Shown here piece by piece: positions 50,690 to 62,545 of a DNA stretch of 64,000 nucleotides (its first letter is position 1; the number at the start of each line of letters is the position of its first letter). Both the position numbers and the translations under genes were made by a program. Origin of the DNA: Takakia lepidozioides (Eukaryota; Plantae; Bryophyta); NCBI GenBank assembly GCA_030704615.1, contig CM060734.1, positions 49,972,001 through 50,036,000 of the forward strand. The letters run 5' to 3'. The notes under the pieces are model-generated. The model was not told the DNA's origin. It searched no databases and saw only the letters and a list, made by a program, of their open reading frames with translations.

Positions 50690-53600
50690 GGGCTTGAGAC
50701 GATTGATTACCTCGATAATTTGCAGGAGAAGGAGAGGTTTACAGAGCAAGGAGATGCAATCACCTTCGATTCTGAAGTAGATCGTGTCGGTCTGGGAACT
50801 CCTACAAAAATAGCCGTGATAGACCCTGCGGTTGAGACCAAGTATTTGAAGATCCCTGTGCTATCTGGCTACAGGACTAGCAAACGTTACCCGGGGTTGC
50901 TGAACGGGGGAAGTTGGACTTCCTGTTTGTCCAGATCCTGGAGGACGAGACAATATTTGAGGTGGTATAGAAAAATACATGCCATGTTCTGGTGGTAAGG
51001 ATACTAGCGGACTAGCGGTGAGATACTGATCTGGGAATGGCGCTCGTTGTTGTAAATTGGCGTCCACTTGTTGTTGTGTTATCGGAGTAGGATCTACCTT
51101 CCTCTTCTTGCAACGTTCCAATAGATGGCCCGTCACACCACAATGTAGACATATGATGTCTTGCCAACAATCTTCGGTTTGATGTCCGTATATGCCGCCC
51201 TTGCCACATCCTGCCCTAACATCGCTCCTAAACTTCTTCCTCTGTGGGGGATCCTGAGCGTGGTACGTTGGCCGCTTTTGAATTGGATTGGGGTAGTGTT
51301 GAGCTGAATGATCATTTCTCCTACACTTGTAGCACCAGAGTTTTGGTCGCATTTGGGTCTGTCTCTACCACGGGCGCCATATCTCTGAATCCCACATATA
51401 TAATTGGTCACATGGTGACCTATTGCACTCACTTGGTCTCCCATGGACTCCATTGTCTTAAGCAGCGAGGAGCTTCCATGTGTCATGTCCTTGCGTCTGC
51501 TGGTCCTGATGAACCTGTAGTTGAGTTTGAAGGTAGTGAGGGAAAAACATTGGTATGTACCGGAGTACCGGTGCTGCTGCCGATGTTGGGGGCATTGTTG
51601 TAGTGTAAGGCACTGCTCCTGCCGCATACAAAGGCGTGTAATAGAGAGCAGGCTGAATAGCTGCAAGAGGTGTTGGTGTGCATTTGCCGGATCCATCGCA
51701 ATGTAGAAAGGTAGCGCCAGCTCGGGCATCTTTGCTCGCTGAACTTGGCGGTGCATGTTATTAAACTCCTTCCCAATGGTAATGGCATTCACCAATGTGG
51801 CAGGCCTCTACTGCAATACATGGAAGTGAGTGGCTTCTCTGAGTCCACTCAAGAAACAATCCTTCAAGACTCCATCATCTAGAGATGTCAAGGGATTATG
51901 TAATCGTAGCAGCTCCCGGAATCGAGTTTCAGAGTCTGCCACTTCTTCGACCAGACCTTGTTTGATTCGAGCTAACGCCATCAGGCTGACACTTGTGAAC
52001 TGGTGTACCGCGCAAAAATGATTCAAGAACGTGTCCCGTATTTGTATCCAAGTCACAAAAGAGCCTGGGGCTTGCTGCCAGTACCAGGTGGATGCTTTCC
52101 CCTTCATGGTTGTAGGAAACCAGATCAGCCAATAGACATCGTCCAAAGCTTGGATTGAATAGCAACTTTGAATGAAATTCTTAACATGATACCCAGAATT
52201 TTCATGTGCTTTACCTGAAAACCAAGGTAGATGATTCGGTAAAGATAATGGAGCCAGTCCGACATGTACCACAATGGGCCCCTGACACTGCTCCCGCTAG
52301 TTGATTGAGAGCCATGCTGGTTGGTGTCAGCTGCACTGTTGACGTCGGGCTAGAAGAAGCACTGGACTCTAGCAAGAATCCTCGACAATGTTCCGGTCCT
52401 GAAGATTCGTCGGAGTCAGTCCACCCTTGGTGTTTTACGTTCTGCTCCTGACCGAGGGTCTCCTGATCTGCAATTGGGCCCGCCTTCCGGATGGATTGTA
52501 AAATCCTTTCTCGGTTCTCCGCTCAAACCAACTTTTGTTTTAGTTGCGTATCTGTGGAACAAGATCCTGATTTGGGTAGTGTGGCGCTGGACTCTGAGCT
52601 AGACAATCACTCGCTGCTCTCCTCCTTCCTGTATCAAGATAATACTTGTAGAGCCCAATGGCACACCCAAGATCTCCACTTTTAGCGTCTCAATTCCTAG
52701 CTAGAGGTTACATCAAGATTTAATTCCTCCGAGTTAGGGTATGAACGTCTTTCTTCTTGAGTCATCTTGATAACCGAAATGATTTAATCTACAACAATTT
52801 GTTTGTAAATTTTGGATGTATTTGGCTCCTCAGTCTAAGTCAATGCCGTCTAAGTCAATACCGCACGTATTACTGCCTAGTGCTTCAAAAGAAATCTATG
52901 TCTGATTCTATGCTCTTCTATGCTAAAGAACGACAATTTTATGCATTCTCTAGATCGTAGGACTCTTTCTGCAAAAGCTCCTTAGAATTCCTAGACAAAT
53001 GCAACTTCATAATGCTTGGGCACAGCTCAATCTATTTCCAAGTCCAATGAGTCTTCTCCAAACCAATACAACTCATTATCCAAATGAGTAGGGCGTGGGG
53101 AGCGACCGGTAGGAGGTACATGATTTACCCAATGTGGCAAAACGAGTTGTGTTCTTACTGCAACCTCATGCAGAGTGGTGATAGGACGGGGGCTTCCAGT
53201 GGCTCTATGCGACCTTTCTGGAGAGTGCTCAATCGCTTCATCCGTCAAAGAGAGCCGCCCTGCAACAACGAGATCGAGGATGAACGATGTCGCGGTTTGC
53301 CCTGCTTGTAGAAACAAGGAGGCCAAATGATGGAGATGGATGTGATTGGGTTGGGCAGTCGGTCGTCGCCCTCTAGATAGTCGTCGATACCGCAGCCAAA
53401 TATCTAACACACCAAATCAAAGTTCAGGTCGAACACCCCTCGTTTCTGTAGGAACGTAGTGGCGCACGCTGATCGGCGCCTGAAAGATTGGTTCGCAAAG
53501 GTAATGCCGTCATCTGCAACGGTTCGGCACAATGGACAACAACTCAAACAGGCTACTTGCCAAGCAAGATGGGCTTCAAGAGCCAATAGTATGTTCAAAT

Positions 53601-54466
53601 ACCCCATAAATGGTGGTTGACAACAACCTGACCAAAAAGTATTGAACCGAAAAAATGAAGAAATGGGATTGGTTAGTGCGCGTGACCCCAAAGGTCTGAT
53701 CTTGGCTGCTATCCAGTATCTTCGGTATTCTTCAACGATTGCCAAAAATGCGTTGGCACATCAGTCGACAGATTACGGCAGAATCACATGCTCGTACTTT
53801 TCCTAAGCACGTGCTCGAAATGATTCGGTAAAGCCCCACCACTCGGGCTTCAAATGATAAATGAAAACGATGGGGTTCCACCACCATTGTCATATTACAA
53901 CTCCATGATAACTGGTAGATCACAATATTTACAATATTCACATTTGCGCAATGATTTTCCTAGACTCCCTAGGACCTTGCAACAACACCTAGGGCTCAAC
54001 CCTATCAAAGCATGCACTTAAATTCAAAAGAAATTTAGGTTCAGGGCGTACCGTTTCAAACCTTAATAACCCGTGTTAGTGTGAAATCCAACCACTAATA
54101 CACCGTTAGTAACAACTTACCGAACTCCCAGCAGACGCACCACTAATATGACGAGCCTCGCTACTCACGGAACCGCAGGGAAAAAAACGACGTCAATCCG
54201 GGGCCTAGAGTCCGGCGACGAGGTGGGTTAGGCTCAAGAACCGCCCACCCGTGAGATGTGTCGCTAAGCTTGGCGGAGGGTCAATGGCCGATGGAGGGAA
54301 CTCCTTCTGCTATCCTAAACTACCAGCAAACGCATGGTCCAACTCCTACGCTCGCGGGGCAAAGTTCATTCGTGTCACCTGCGTAATCTACTTATAACTA
54401 ATTGTCTTCCAAGACTTCTTTATTAACGTTAATCACGGCTTCATCCCGGAGCTATCGGTGTCCCCA
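50690..54466 (-). mobile_element. 3'-truncated Ty3/gypsy element: 5' LTR (54149-54466), PBS (54124-54142), extra ORF remnant, degenerate gag
   Basis: TG..CA-bounded 318-bp segment next to TGGTGCGTCTGCTGGGAGT; retrotransposon gag FPTTMKGKASTWY..TWIQIRDTFLNHF..FLSGL (51808-52272); three CCHC-like knuckles (50861-51352); no pol or second LTR seen. Confidence 0.75.
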
Positions 54467-54801
54467 CACTACCGGAAAAGGGGGGGTTTTCGACGCCGCG
54501 ACGTCGCTAAACAGCCCTTTTCGGGCAGGGGGGAGGGGCCATTTTTGCGACGCAAATGCGTCGCTGAAAAAACGTCGCAATTTTGCAACGGATGGGGGTC
54601 GCAACGCCATGCCAGTGCGACTTGCGACGTCCGGGCGTCACAAATTTTTATTTTTATTTTTATTTTTTTCATACTCTGCAATACCAAATTAGCGACGTCC
54701 GAGGGTCACAAAGTGCGATGCTCGGACGTCGCAATTTAGGGGGGTACATTTGAATTTAGGTTGGAAAATTTAAACTTCAAAAATTTGTTGACCATTGACT
54801 C
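54467..54801 (+). mobile_element. CACTA (En/Spm) transposon terminus with subterminal GCGAC/GTCGC repeats
   Basis: Begins CACTACCGGAAAAG; dense ttgcgacg/cgtcgcaa repeats; inverted homologue of 59137-59519. Confidence 0.85.
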
Positions 54802-54819
54802 CAGTTGGGCAGATGGAGG

Positions 54820-55030
54820 TTCGTGGCATATCAGATTGCATTGATTTCTGCTTCAGCATTGTCGACAATTAGGCCGCCAGCTTGGCTTTTCTGCAAGGAG
54901 AGAAACACACAATGCTGACATCCACGAGATGAGGTCTGATGTTCGGTTGCGTGCTGAAACGATGTAAGCAACCGGAATTCCGTTCAACCATTGGTCGAAC
55001 ACCATTAACGTGTACAAAGGAAACTGCATG
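54820..55030 (-). mobile_element. MULE/Mutator transposase domain fragment
   Basis: FPLYTLMVFDQWLNGIPVAYIVS..WRPNC followed, after a frameshift, by VDNAEAEINAI. Confidence 0.65.
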
Positions 55031-55095
55031 AAATGACAATCCACAATTAGGAGATCAGTGAGGAAAGTGGACCACCCGATCCAAACTTATACTCA

Positions 55096-55350
55096 TTGAA
55101 GGTCAGAGGGGTTAGAAAGGAGCCAGGTCGCTGCTGCATTGAGGTTGGCAACAGGGTGCACACGTTTGTCGTAGATGACAAGTTGCATCCCAGAATTAAG
55201 GAAATTCATGCTAAGCTGAGAAGATTGTCTGGGCAGATGAAGGAGACAGGGTATGTGCCTGACACGCGCTTTGAATTGCATGATGCGGGGGAGGAGGAAA
55301 TTTTTTTTCTCTTTGCCACCACAGTGAGAAGCTGGCCATTGGTTTTCACA
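55096..55350 (+). pseudogene. PPR protein E+/DYW N-terminal fragment
   Basis: GVRKEPGRCCIEVGNRVHTFVVDDKLHP..GYVPDTRFELHD, then frameshifted LCHHSEKLAIGF; truncated before the deaminase CxxC. Confidence 0.85.
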
Positions 55351-55879
55351 GACCAATCCAGGATCACCAGACTATAGACATAAGCAGCACACGCATGAGG
55401 TCCTTTGGATTGAGAGTTGGTTGAATCCTCCTTGGGTGAAGGAAAAGCTAGCTGCTTTCATGAGACAAGATCAGGGACAACTGGTGCGGGCACTTTCTTC
55501 TTCAACCATTTGGTCTTGTTTTGTCCACTTATCAGATTCATTCCCAATTTTTCACTTTGTGTTTTTAAGTTACCTCGTTGGGTGAATCTATGGTGGTTTG
55601 GATTTTTTGCACATGTTACTGCCAATGGGATAATAGGCGCATTGAAAAAACTTTCTCACAAATTGTCAGCAATGCAGCACTAGAACTAGTGTGTGGTAAG
55701 TATGGTCGGAGTGTTTGCTAGATAAATTTTAGGTTATCATTGTCAGCTCTTAGCAGCAGGGCCATATTGTTGCCTAGGCAGGGTTAGCTGAAAGAAGCAG
55801 GGATGAAGCGTGGATGCAGATCCATCTGAGAGGTCCTGATTTCAAGCACCAGAGTGCATATGAGCCACTGAGGATTGAC

Positions 55880-58655
55880 AGCTACAAAAAATCTGCAAGG
55901 GTAGATGGTCATCATGAAGGGGCAGTGGCAGCACAATTGATAAAATCAGGCACCTCCACAATAATCTCCAATTCCAAAAGAGGACGCTGGGAGGAAGTTC
56001 TCAAGATTTCTTATGGCACTTCTGAACTTGTGAGGACACTATATGAGGCACACTGAAAGAGGCTCTGAAATTTTTGAACCATGGAGGCATTTTCACAGTG
56101 TCAGATAATGAAGACACCTTCTTCAACACATTTCATCCTGTTCATAAGTTGAGTTGGGTGTTTCCTAGAACTTCAAGCTCTAGATTACCTATGATTCCCT
56201 GTGGATCAATAGCTACAAGAAACCTGCATGGGTAGATGGTCACCTAAAGGCAGCAGCTGCAGCGGCACCTTTGCTAAAATCAGGCACCTCAACCATGACA
56301 ACAGTTTCTGAAAGAGGATCAAGAGAGGGAGTCCACAATCCCTCTTCTGACACTTCTGGGCATGTGAAGATGCTTTGTGTGGCAGGCAGTCTGACAGAGG
56401 CTCTACAGACTTTAAACCAAGGAGGCATTTCAGAACGTATGTCTGTCTCTTGCTTAAGTGCATCGAGATGGAAGGTTTGGAAGCTGGAAAGCAGATGCAC
56501 ACTCACATTATCCAAAGTGGGATTCTCGCCAAATGTTTTTCTACTCAACACCCTTGTCAACATGTATGTTAAGTGCAGGAGCATCATGGATGCTCACCAA
56601 GTGTTCAACAGAAAGGCTCAACCATCTTTGATCACATGGAACACGATGCTTGTAGGGTATGTACAGCAAGGGCGGTATGGAGGCCTTGGAGACCTATGAT
56701 CAAATGATGGGGAAGGGGTGAAGCCCGACCACATCACGTTTTTGTGCATTTGCAATGCGTGTGCAAGCCTGGCAGCTCTGGAAAAGGGTGAAGAGGTGCA
56801 TGGCGATCAAATCTGGAATTGTACGCGATGTCATTCTGAACACTGCCCTGGTGGAAATGTATGTCAAATGTGCATGCATTGAGGATCCAAAGGGAGTGCT
56901 CGACAGTATTGGCTGAACGAGATGTGGTATCATGGAGTGCGATGATTGCAGGATATGCATAACAAGGGTGCTGGATGGAGGCTTTGGGGACCTATGACCA
57001 AATGATGTGCGAAGGGGTGAAGCCCAACCACATCACATTTTTTTTTGTTTGCAATGCGTGTGCAAGCCTGAGAGTTCTGGAAAAGGGGAAAGAGGTACAT
57101 GGTGACATCGTCAAAGCTGGAATTGTACCAGATGTCATCCCGAACCCTGCCTTGGTGGACATGGATGCAAAATGTGGGTGCATTAAGGATGCGAAGGAGT
57201 GAAGCCCAACCACATCACATTTGTTTTTGTTTGCAATGCGTGTGCAAGCCTAGGAGCTCTGGAAAAGGGGGAAGAGATCCATGGTGACATCGTCAAAGCT
57301 GGAATTGTACCAGATGTCATCATGAACACTGTCATGGTGGACATGGATGCAAAATGTGGGTGCATTAAGGATGTGAAGGGAGTTTTCAACACTATGGCTG
57401 ACCGAGATGTGGTGTCGTGGAACGCGATGCTTGCAGGGTATGCACAACAGGGGCACGGGATGAAGGTCTGCTTCTGTAAGGTACTTCTTTGTGATGCAGT
57501 GCAAAACTTGTAGATGGATGAAGGACACTTGGTCAAAGACACAATGCAGACAGCCTCTTGTGGCAATTCGTATAGCCTAGCGCAAATATGTGAGAGCTCC
57601 AAAAGTAGGTTGCTTTCTTTCTGGCTGTTGTTCCTGAAATACTGTCACTCGTGTTTTAGGTTGAGGCTGCAAGGCTGCACCATACTGAGGCTGCCAAAAC
57701 TCTGTTGATATTTCCGTGGGTGCAGGATGAAGGTGTACATGACCAATAGGACTACAAGTATTTGTCTTTGTATTATTTTTCAAATGAGTGATGGTGGGGT
57801 GTTGTGAAGTGTGTTTACTAGCAGCATTGTCGACTGAGCTCATGCCTAAGTCACCTGCATGATTCCACAATGGTGCTAGCCACATAGAATCTTGCAGATA
57901 GAATTAGGGTAAGTGACAGTGGTCCATGGGTTTGCCCACAACTCGCACTAACTTTTGAGGGCAGATGTGGGCCCCTGCATTGAACAATGCCTTGGAGAAT
58001 CGCCTGTCAACTGGCTTTTCAGCCTTTTGTCGGTGAGGGGTTGACATAGTTGACCTATTTTAGGGTTTTGGAGTTGTTCAATCTTTTTTTCTCTCTCCTA
58101 CAATCATGTGAGAAATGTTAGTGCCTCCCAAGTGTATGCAAGGTGTCCAGACTTGAGTCTAATTGGTTTCCAATGCTATTTTGCTGCAGACAGGGTCATT
58201 ATGCAATCACCTGTGGTTCAAGATTAACATTTAGTCTCCAGGCAGCTCTGCCTTGCAACGATGCCTTCCACCAGCATTTCCCTTCCTTGTGTAGATCATT
58301 GGTCGGGCCCCTACTCGCAACATCACTCCAATCAGCAGCAAAACTCTTCAGTTACAGGTCAAACGCAGAGTGCTTTGTGGAGTAGGAGGGTTCAATCATG
58401 CAGCAAGCAAGATTATAGCAGTTTTTCAAGTAGAGTGTCTTTGTCATTGGCTAGGCTCCATGGTCGAAACCAATTGTGCCAGCCAAGTAGCCCTGGAAAA
58501 GGGCAAAGAGGTCGATGCTGACATCACCCAAGCTGGGATTGCCCCAGATATCATTCCGGAGACTACTCTAGTTGACATGTATGCCAAATGTGGGAGTATG
58601 AAGGATGCATTCTCAGCGTTTGACAGAATGACTAAACAAGATGTGGTAGCCTCAG
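55880..58655 (+). pseudogene. Fragmented and duplicated PLS-class PPR repeats
   Basis: GFSPNVFLLNTLVNMYVKCRSIMDAHQVF, GVKPNHITF..CNACASLGALEKGEEIHGDIVKAG, DRDVVSWNAMLAGYAQQG and LVDMYAKCGSMKDA; many frameshifts and stops; local duplications (55885-56090 vs 56225-56430; 57015-57200 vs 57198-57375). Confidence 0.88.
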
Positions 58656-58978
58656 CAACAATCCACCATTTTTTTGAAAAACAAAGAAACACATGATGTA
58701 TGTATGTAACACTCTGGGGATGACCCACCCATTTTTATGCTTCCAAACTCTGGGGATGCCGAAGAGGAGGGACCAGCAGGATTTCGGCCCTCTTTCCTTT
58801 GAAAAATAAAAATAATATGGTAGCTTTGGCAACACTCCGCCATTCTTCTTCCGGGACAACAATGAAATATGAGATGTATGTATGTAACACCATGGGGATG
58901 ACCCACCTTTTTTTGTGAAAAATTGAACGTAGTTCTCAGAATTCGTCGCTAGTAGTGCGGAGCAACGCGAAGCCCTAG

Positions 58979-59286
58979 TATATATATTTAGATTGCTTTT
59001 GTGATACTTAGATGTAGCGTATGTGTGCTGGTTAGTTTGTAGTGTCTTAGAAATGTTATAATGTGGAGGTCTTAGGTTCAAATACGCATTGCATGATATA
59101 TGTAGAACAATGAACATATCGCCATTAGACAGAACAGGAGTCAATGGTCAACAAGTTTTTGAAATTCAAATTCAAAAATTCAAAAATTTCCCGCTTAAAT
59201 TCAAATGTACCCCCTTAAATTGTGACGTCCGGGCGTCGCACTTTGCGACCCCCGGACGGTGCTAATTCTGCATTGTAGAGTAGGGT

Positions 59287-59317
<31 letters not shown>

Positions 59318-59519
59318 CGCCCGGGCGTTGCAAATCGCGTCGGCGTCGCAAATCGCGGTTTCGCATATTTGCGACCCCCATTGGTCGCATATTTGCGACG
59401 TTTTTTTGGCGACGGGCTTGCGACACCCGGGCGTCGCAAATTTGGCTCTTCCCCCCTGCCCGAAAAGGGCTGTTTTACGACGCCGCGACGACGAAAACCT
59501 CCCCTTTTTTCCTGTAGTG
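58979..59519 (-). mobile_element. CACTA terminus, inverted relative to 54467
   Basis: Ends TTTTTTCCTGTAGTG at 59519, with subterminal repeats. Confidence 0.85.
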
Positions 59520-60518
59520 GATGTCGCAGCGCCACAGGCCCAGCTCGTGGGGTCACAGTCGTGGCAACCCAACGACATTTTTGCGACGTCAGGGCGTCAC
59601 AATTTATTTATTTATTTATTTCTCTTCCGGGCATTGCGACCCCCCGCCGTCGCAAAAGCGACAATGGGCTGCCGCGACTGTGACCCACGAGCTGGGGTTG
59701 GGGCGTTGCATCGTCCCGACGACGCCGTTGCGATTCCCTGGCATCGCAGCCTCCTGGGGCGTCGCAACCCCCCAGCGTCGGAACTTAGCCCATTGATAGA
59801 TATTTATCATTGAAGAACTTTGGGGACAAGTCTTGGTGCAAATTCCAACATAATATACACCATTTGCGATGACACAATGATAGGATTAAAATAGTGTTAG
59901 TCACCAGGAACTAATCTTGATATGCATATATATATACTTAGACTGCTTTTGTCATACATAGATATATCGTAGATGTGTTGGTTAGTGTGGAATGTCTTAG
60001 AAATGTTATAACCTTGAGGTCTTAGGTTCAAATATGCATTGCATAATATATGTAGTACATTGTATGAACTGCCATTGGACAAAACCGGAGTCAATGGTCA
60101 ACGTCGGAGTCAATGGTCAACTAGTTTTTGAAATTCAAAATTCAAATTCAAATCCAAATTTTCCCACCTAAATTCAAATGTACTCCACTAAACTTCGTCG
60201 TTTGGCCTTTGCGACCGGCGGATGTTGTTAATGCGGGGTCGCGGAAAAGTTTGTTTTGTTTTGTTTTTGTTTGCAACGCCTGGACGTCGCAAATCGCACC
60301 GGCGCTGCATCGTCGCAGGTCGCGGCCGGGGTGTCCCGGGGGTTTAACGATTCCCCGAGATCGCTAATTAGCGACGTTCCGGGAGCGACGTCGGACCGAC
60401 TTCCCGACGTCGCAAAATGCCCCCGGTGCGCCCCGGGCGCCGTAGAGTATTTCCGTCACAAATTATGGCGGTTGGAGGTTGCTGGGGCATCTAACCCCCC
60501 CCCCCAAATGCAGTAGTG
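59520..60518 (-). mobile_element. Remnant of a second, related non-autonomous CACTA element
   Basis: GCGAC repeats; 59925-60190 is a direct homologue of 58979-59220; ends CAGTAGTG at 60518. Confidence 0.75.
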
Positions 60519-60689
60519 GTCATCTGTGTATTTTTTTTTAAGGTCTGTCAGGCTCGTTTTTCAGCGAGGTTTCGGATGTCTTGCTCGAGAAGAAAGTCGT
60601 TGTCGCGTGTCCATGCGTCTCCCAAGCCAGTGTTATTCATGACGTGCTCCTAGTGTTCAATCATGACTTGCGCGATACTCAAGCCTCGG

Positions 60690-60870
60690 GACAAGCATTC
60701 CATGATCTATTTTTTCATATCCTCGCTAATATGTGGAACATAGGCATATCGGGTGAACTGAAACTGGGCATCCCTGCCATGTGAGGGTTTTCCGGACACA
60801 ACTAGGTGTTGTATGTTGTTATAATATGTGATGACCCCAATGTCTGGAGCAAGATAACATTGCGAGACTT
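60690..60870 (+). pseudogene. Possible degenerate F-box-like fragment
   Basis: AFHDLFFHILANM..LKLGIPAM..ICDDPNVWSKI loosely resembles an F-box motif; interrupted by stops. Confidence 0.3.
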
Positions 60871-62545
60871 TGAAACAACAGATACAACCATGCTTGTAGG
60901 ACTCGCCATATTCGCTTTTATTTCATCTTGGACCTTTATGAGGATTACTGTTTTCAGTCCCGACGTCCGGACCTCCTCGCTGGACATTCGGATCCCTGAC
61001 AGTCACATTGCGCTTGTCCTCTGGACCATAACAACACTGATACCTAGAGAGGGTCGTATTGGAATATGTCATCGACACCCATGTCGTTCGGGAAGCATGT
61101 AAGGACAACATGAACCCTATCTACATCAACATGTACATGTGGCACAAACACAGGAAGAAAGGGAAAGTAAGGCAATATGATACATACATGACAAAGGTTA
61201 GATATGTGTTAGCTCTTAGAGCTCTTCGCGTTCCAGGCTTTGCGGAAACATGCACATTTATGTAAACTAATTGAATGGAACATCCGTCTCTACTTTCCTC
61301 TCCAAGTACAAAGTCGGCCACTCTCTCCCATGGAATACATGCCGTATGGACTTACACTTGAGATCCATTGTATCCAGACCGAGTTTTGTTTTTCCAGTAC
61401 AGATCTTCACAGGAAAATGACCCATTCTATGGTGTTTGAAGACATTGTCGAAGTGGATGTATAAGAAAGCCTTCAGGTTTGGCATTGACAGCCGCTACCA
61501 TATATACTATAGGACCCCTTCGCGCACACTTCAGCACTTGCAATATGACCTGCAATGGAAGCGAAGGACGACAGCACACACGTAAATCCAGACGGTCTGG
61601 ATAGCAGCTTGGCTTGACGGTCAGATGCGCGCCACGTCGGTGGACCTAGCGGCGCGCAGACCCAGCCTGGGCAGACCTGATCCGACCGCGGGCAGACCCA
61701 ACAGGGACTGCGCGCGGGCGGACGACACGGCAACCGTAGGCAGGGGCGGCGGACCGCGGGCCTTGCGACCGCGCTGGGCGGGCCGGGGGCGACTCTACGT
61801 CTGTGGAGTGCCTGGCCCACACGTGAGACGTAAAGACCCAATTATTAAAAAATGAGGGGCATAATTTCATAGGTCCTATTTGTTCAAACTATGGTTAGCT
61901 AACCAGCGGCTAGCCTGACCTCAACACGTTCTGTAGACCAGTTATCTATGGATGAATGAAGCCAGGAACACGTGTCTCATCCAGGAGAGCGAGAATATAG
62001 GACTTGTGTGAACCAATGGACAGAAGGATTATCCTGCGTTGCGTTCCCTCATTGGATACACGTTCCCCAACTGCGGGAAGGAGGAATGCCACATCTTCGG
62101 CCGTTGGATTCTCCGTACAGCTCCAGATGGCAGCGATTGGGAATGGAACGCGCGCCGATGCCGCAGCCATAATCCCGGGTTGGTCGTTAGGAACATGTGC
62201 GATCGATGAGAGATGGATGAGAACCGGATGAGAACCGGACGAGATCGATGAGGTGTTGTTAGTGTCTTTTTGGTTCAGGGTTCAACTCCAGACAGGATAG
62301 CATGATGGAGAATACACGAAGAAGTAGAGGAATATAAAGTAGCGAGTCGACGAGCTTTGTCTGAAAGCAAGCGAGGTGGGAGAGATGGGAGAGACGATCA
62401 TGGTGTCTGTGATGTCAGGGCTTGTCGTTTGTCCAGTCATGCTCTCGAGTACTTGAAGGTGTTGGAAAGGGCTCTGGGGTTCTTTGCAGAAATTTTTTTA
62501 GAGGAGAGACTGAGGTGGACGAGGAGGAGCAGGCGGACTGGAGCT

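Noticed and set aside
54402-54739. ORFs in GC-rich stretches (also 59259-59813 and 60128-60516)
   Set aside because: They arise from CACTA subterminal repeats and have no protein-like features
61500-61880. GC-rich segment as a MITE with ATAGGACC/GGTCCTAT ends
   Set aside because: Only an 8-bp inverted match and no clear TSD
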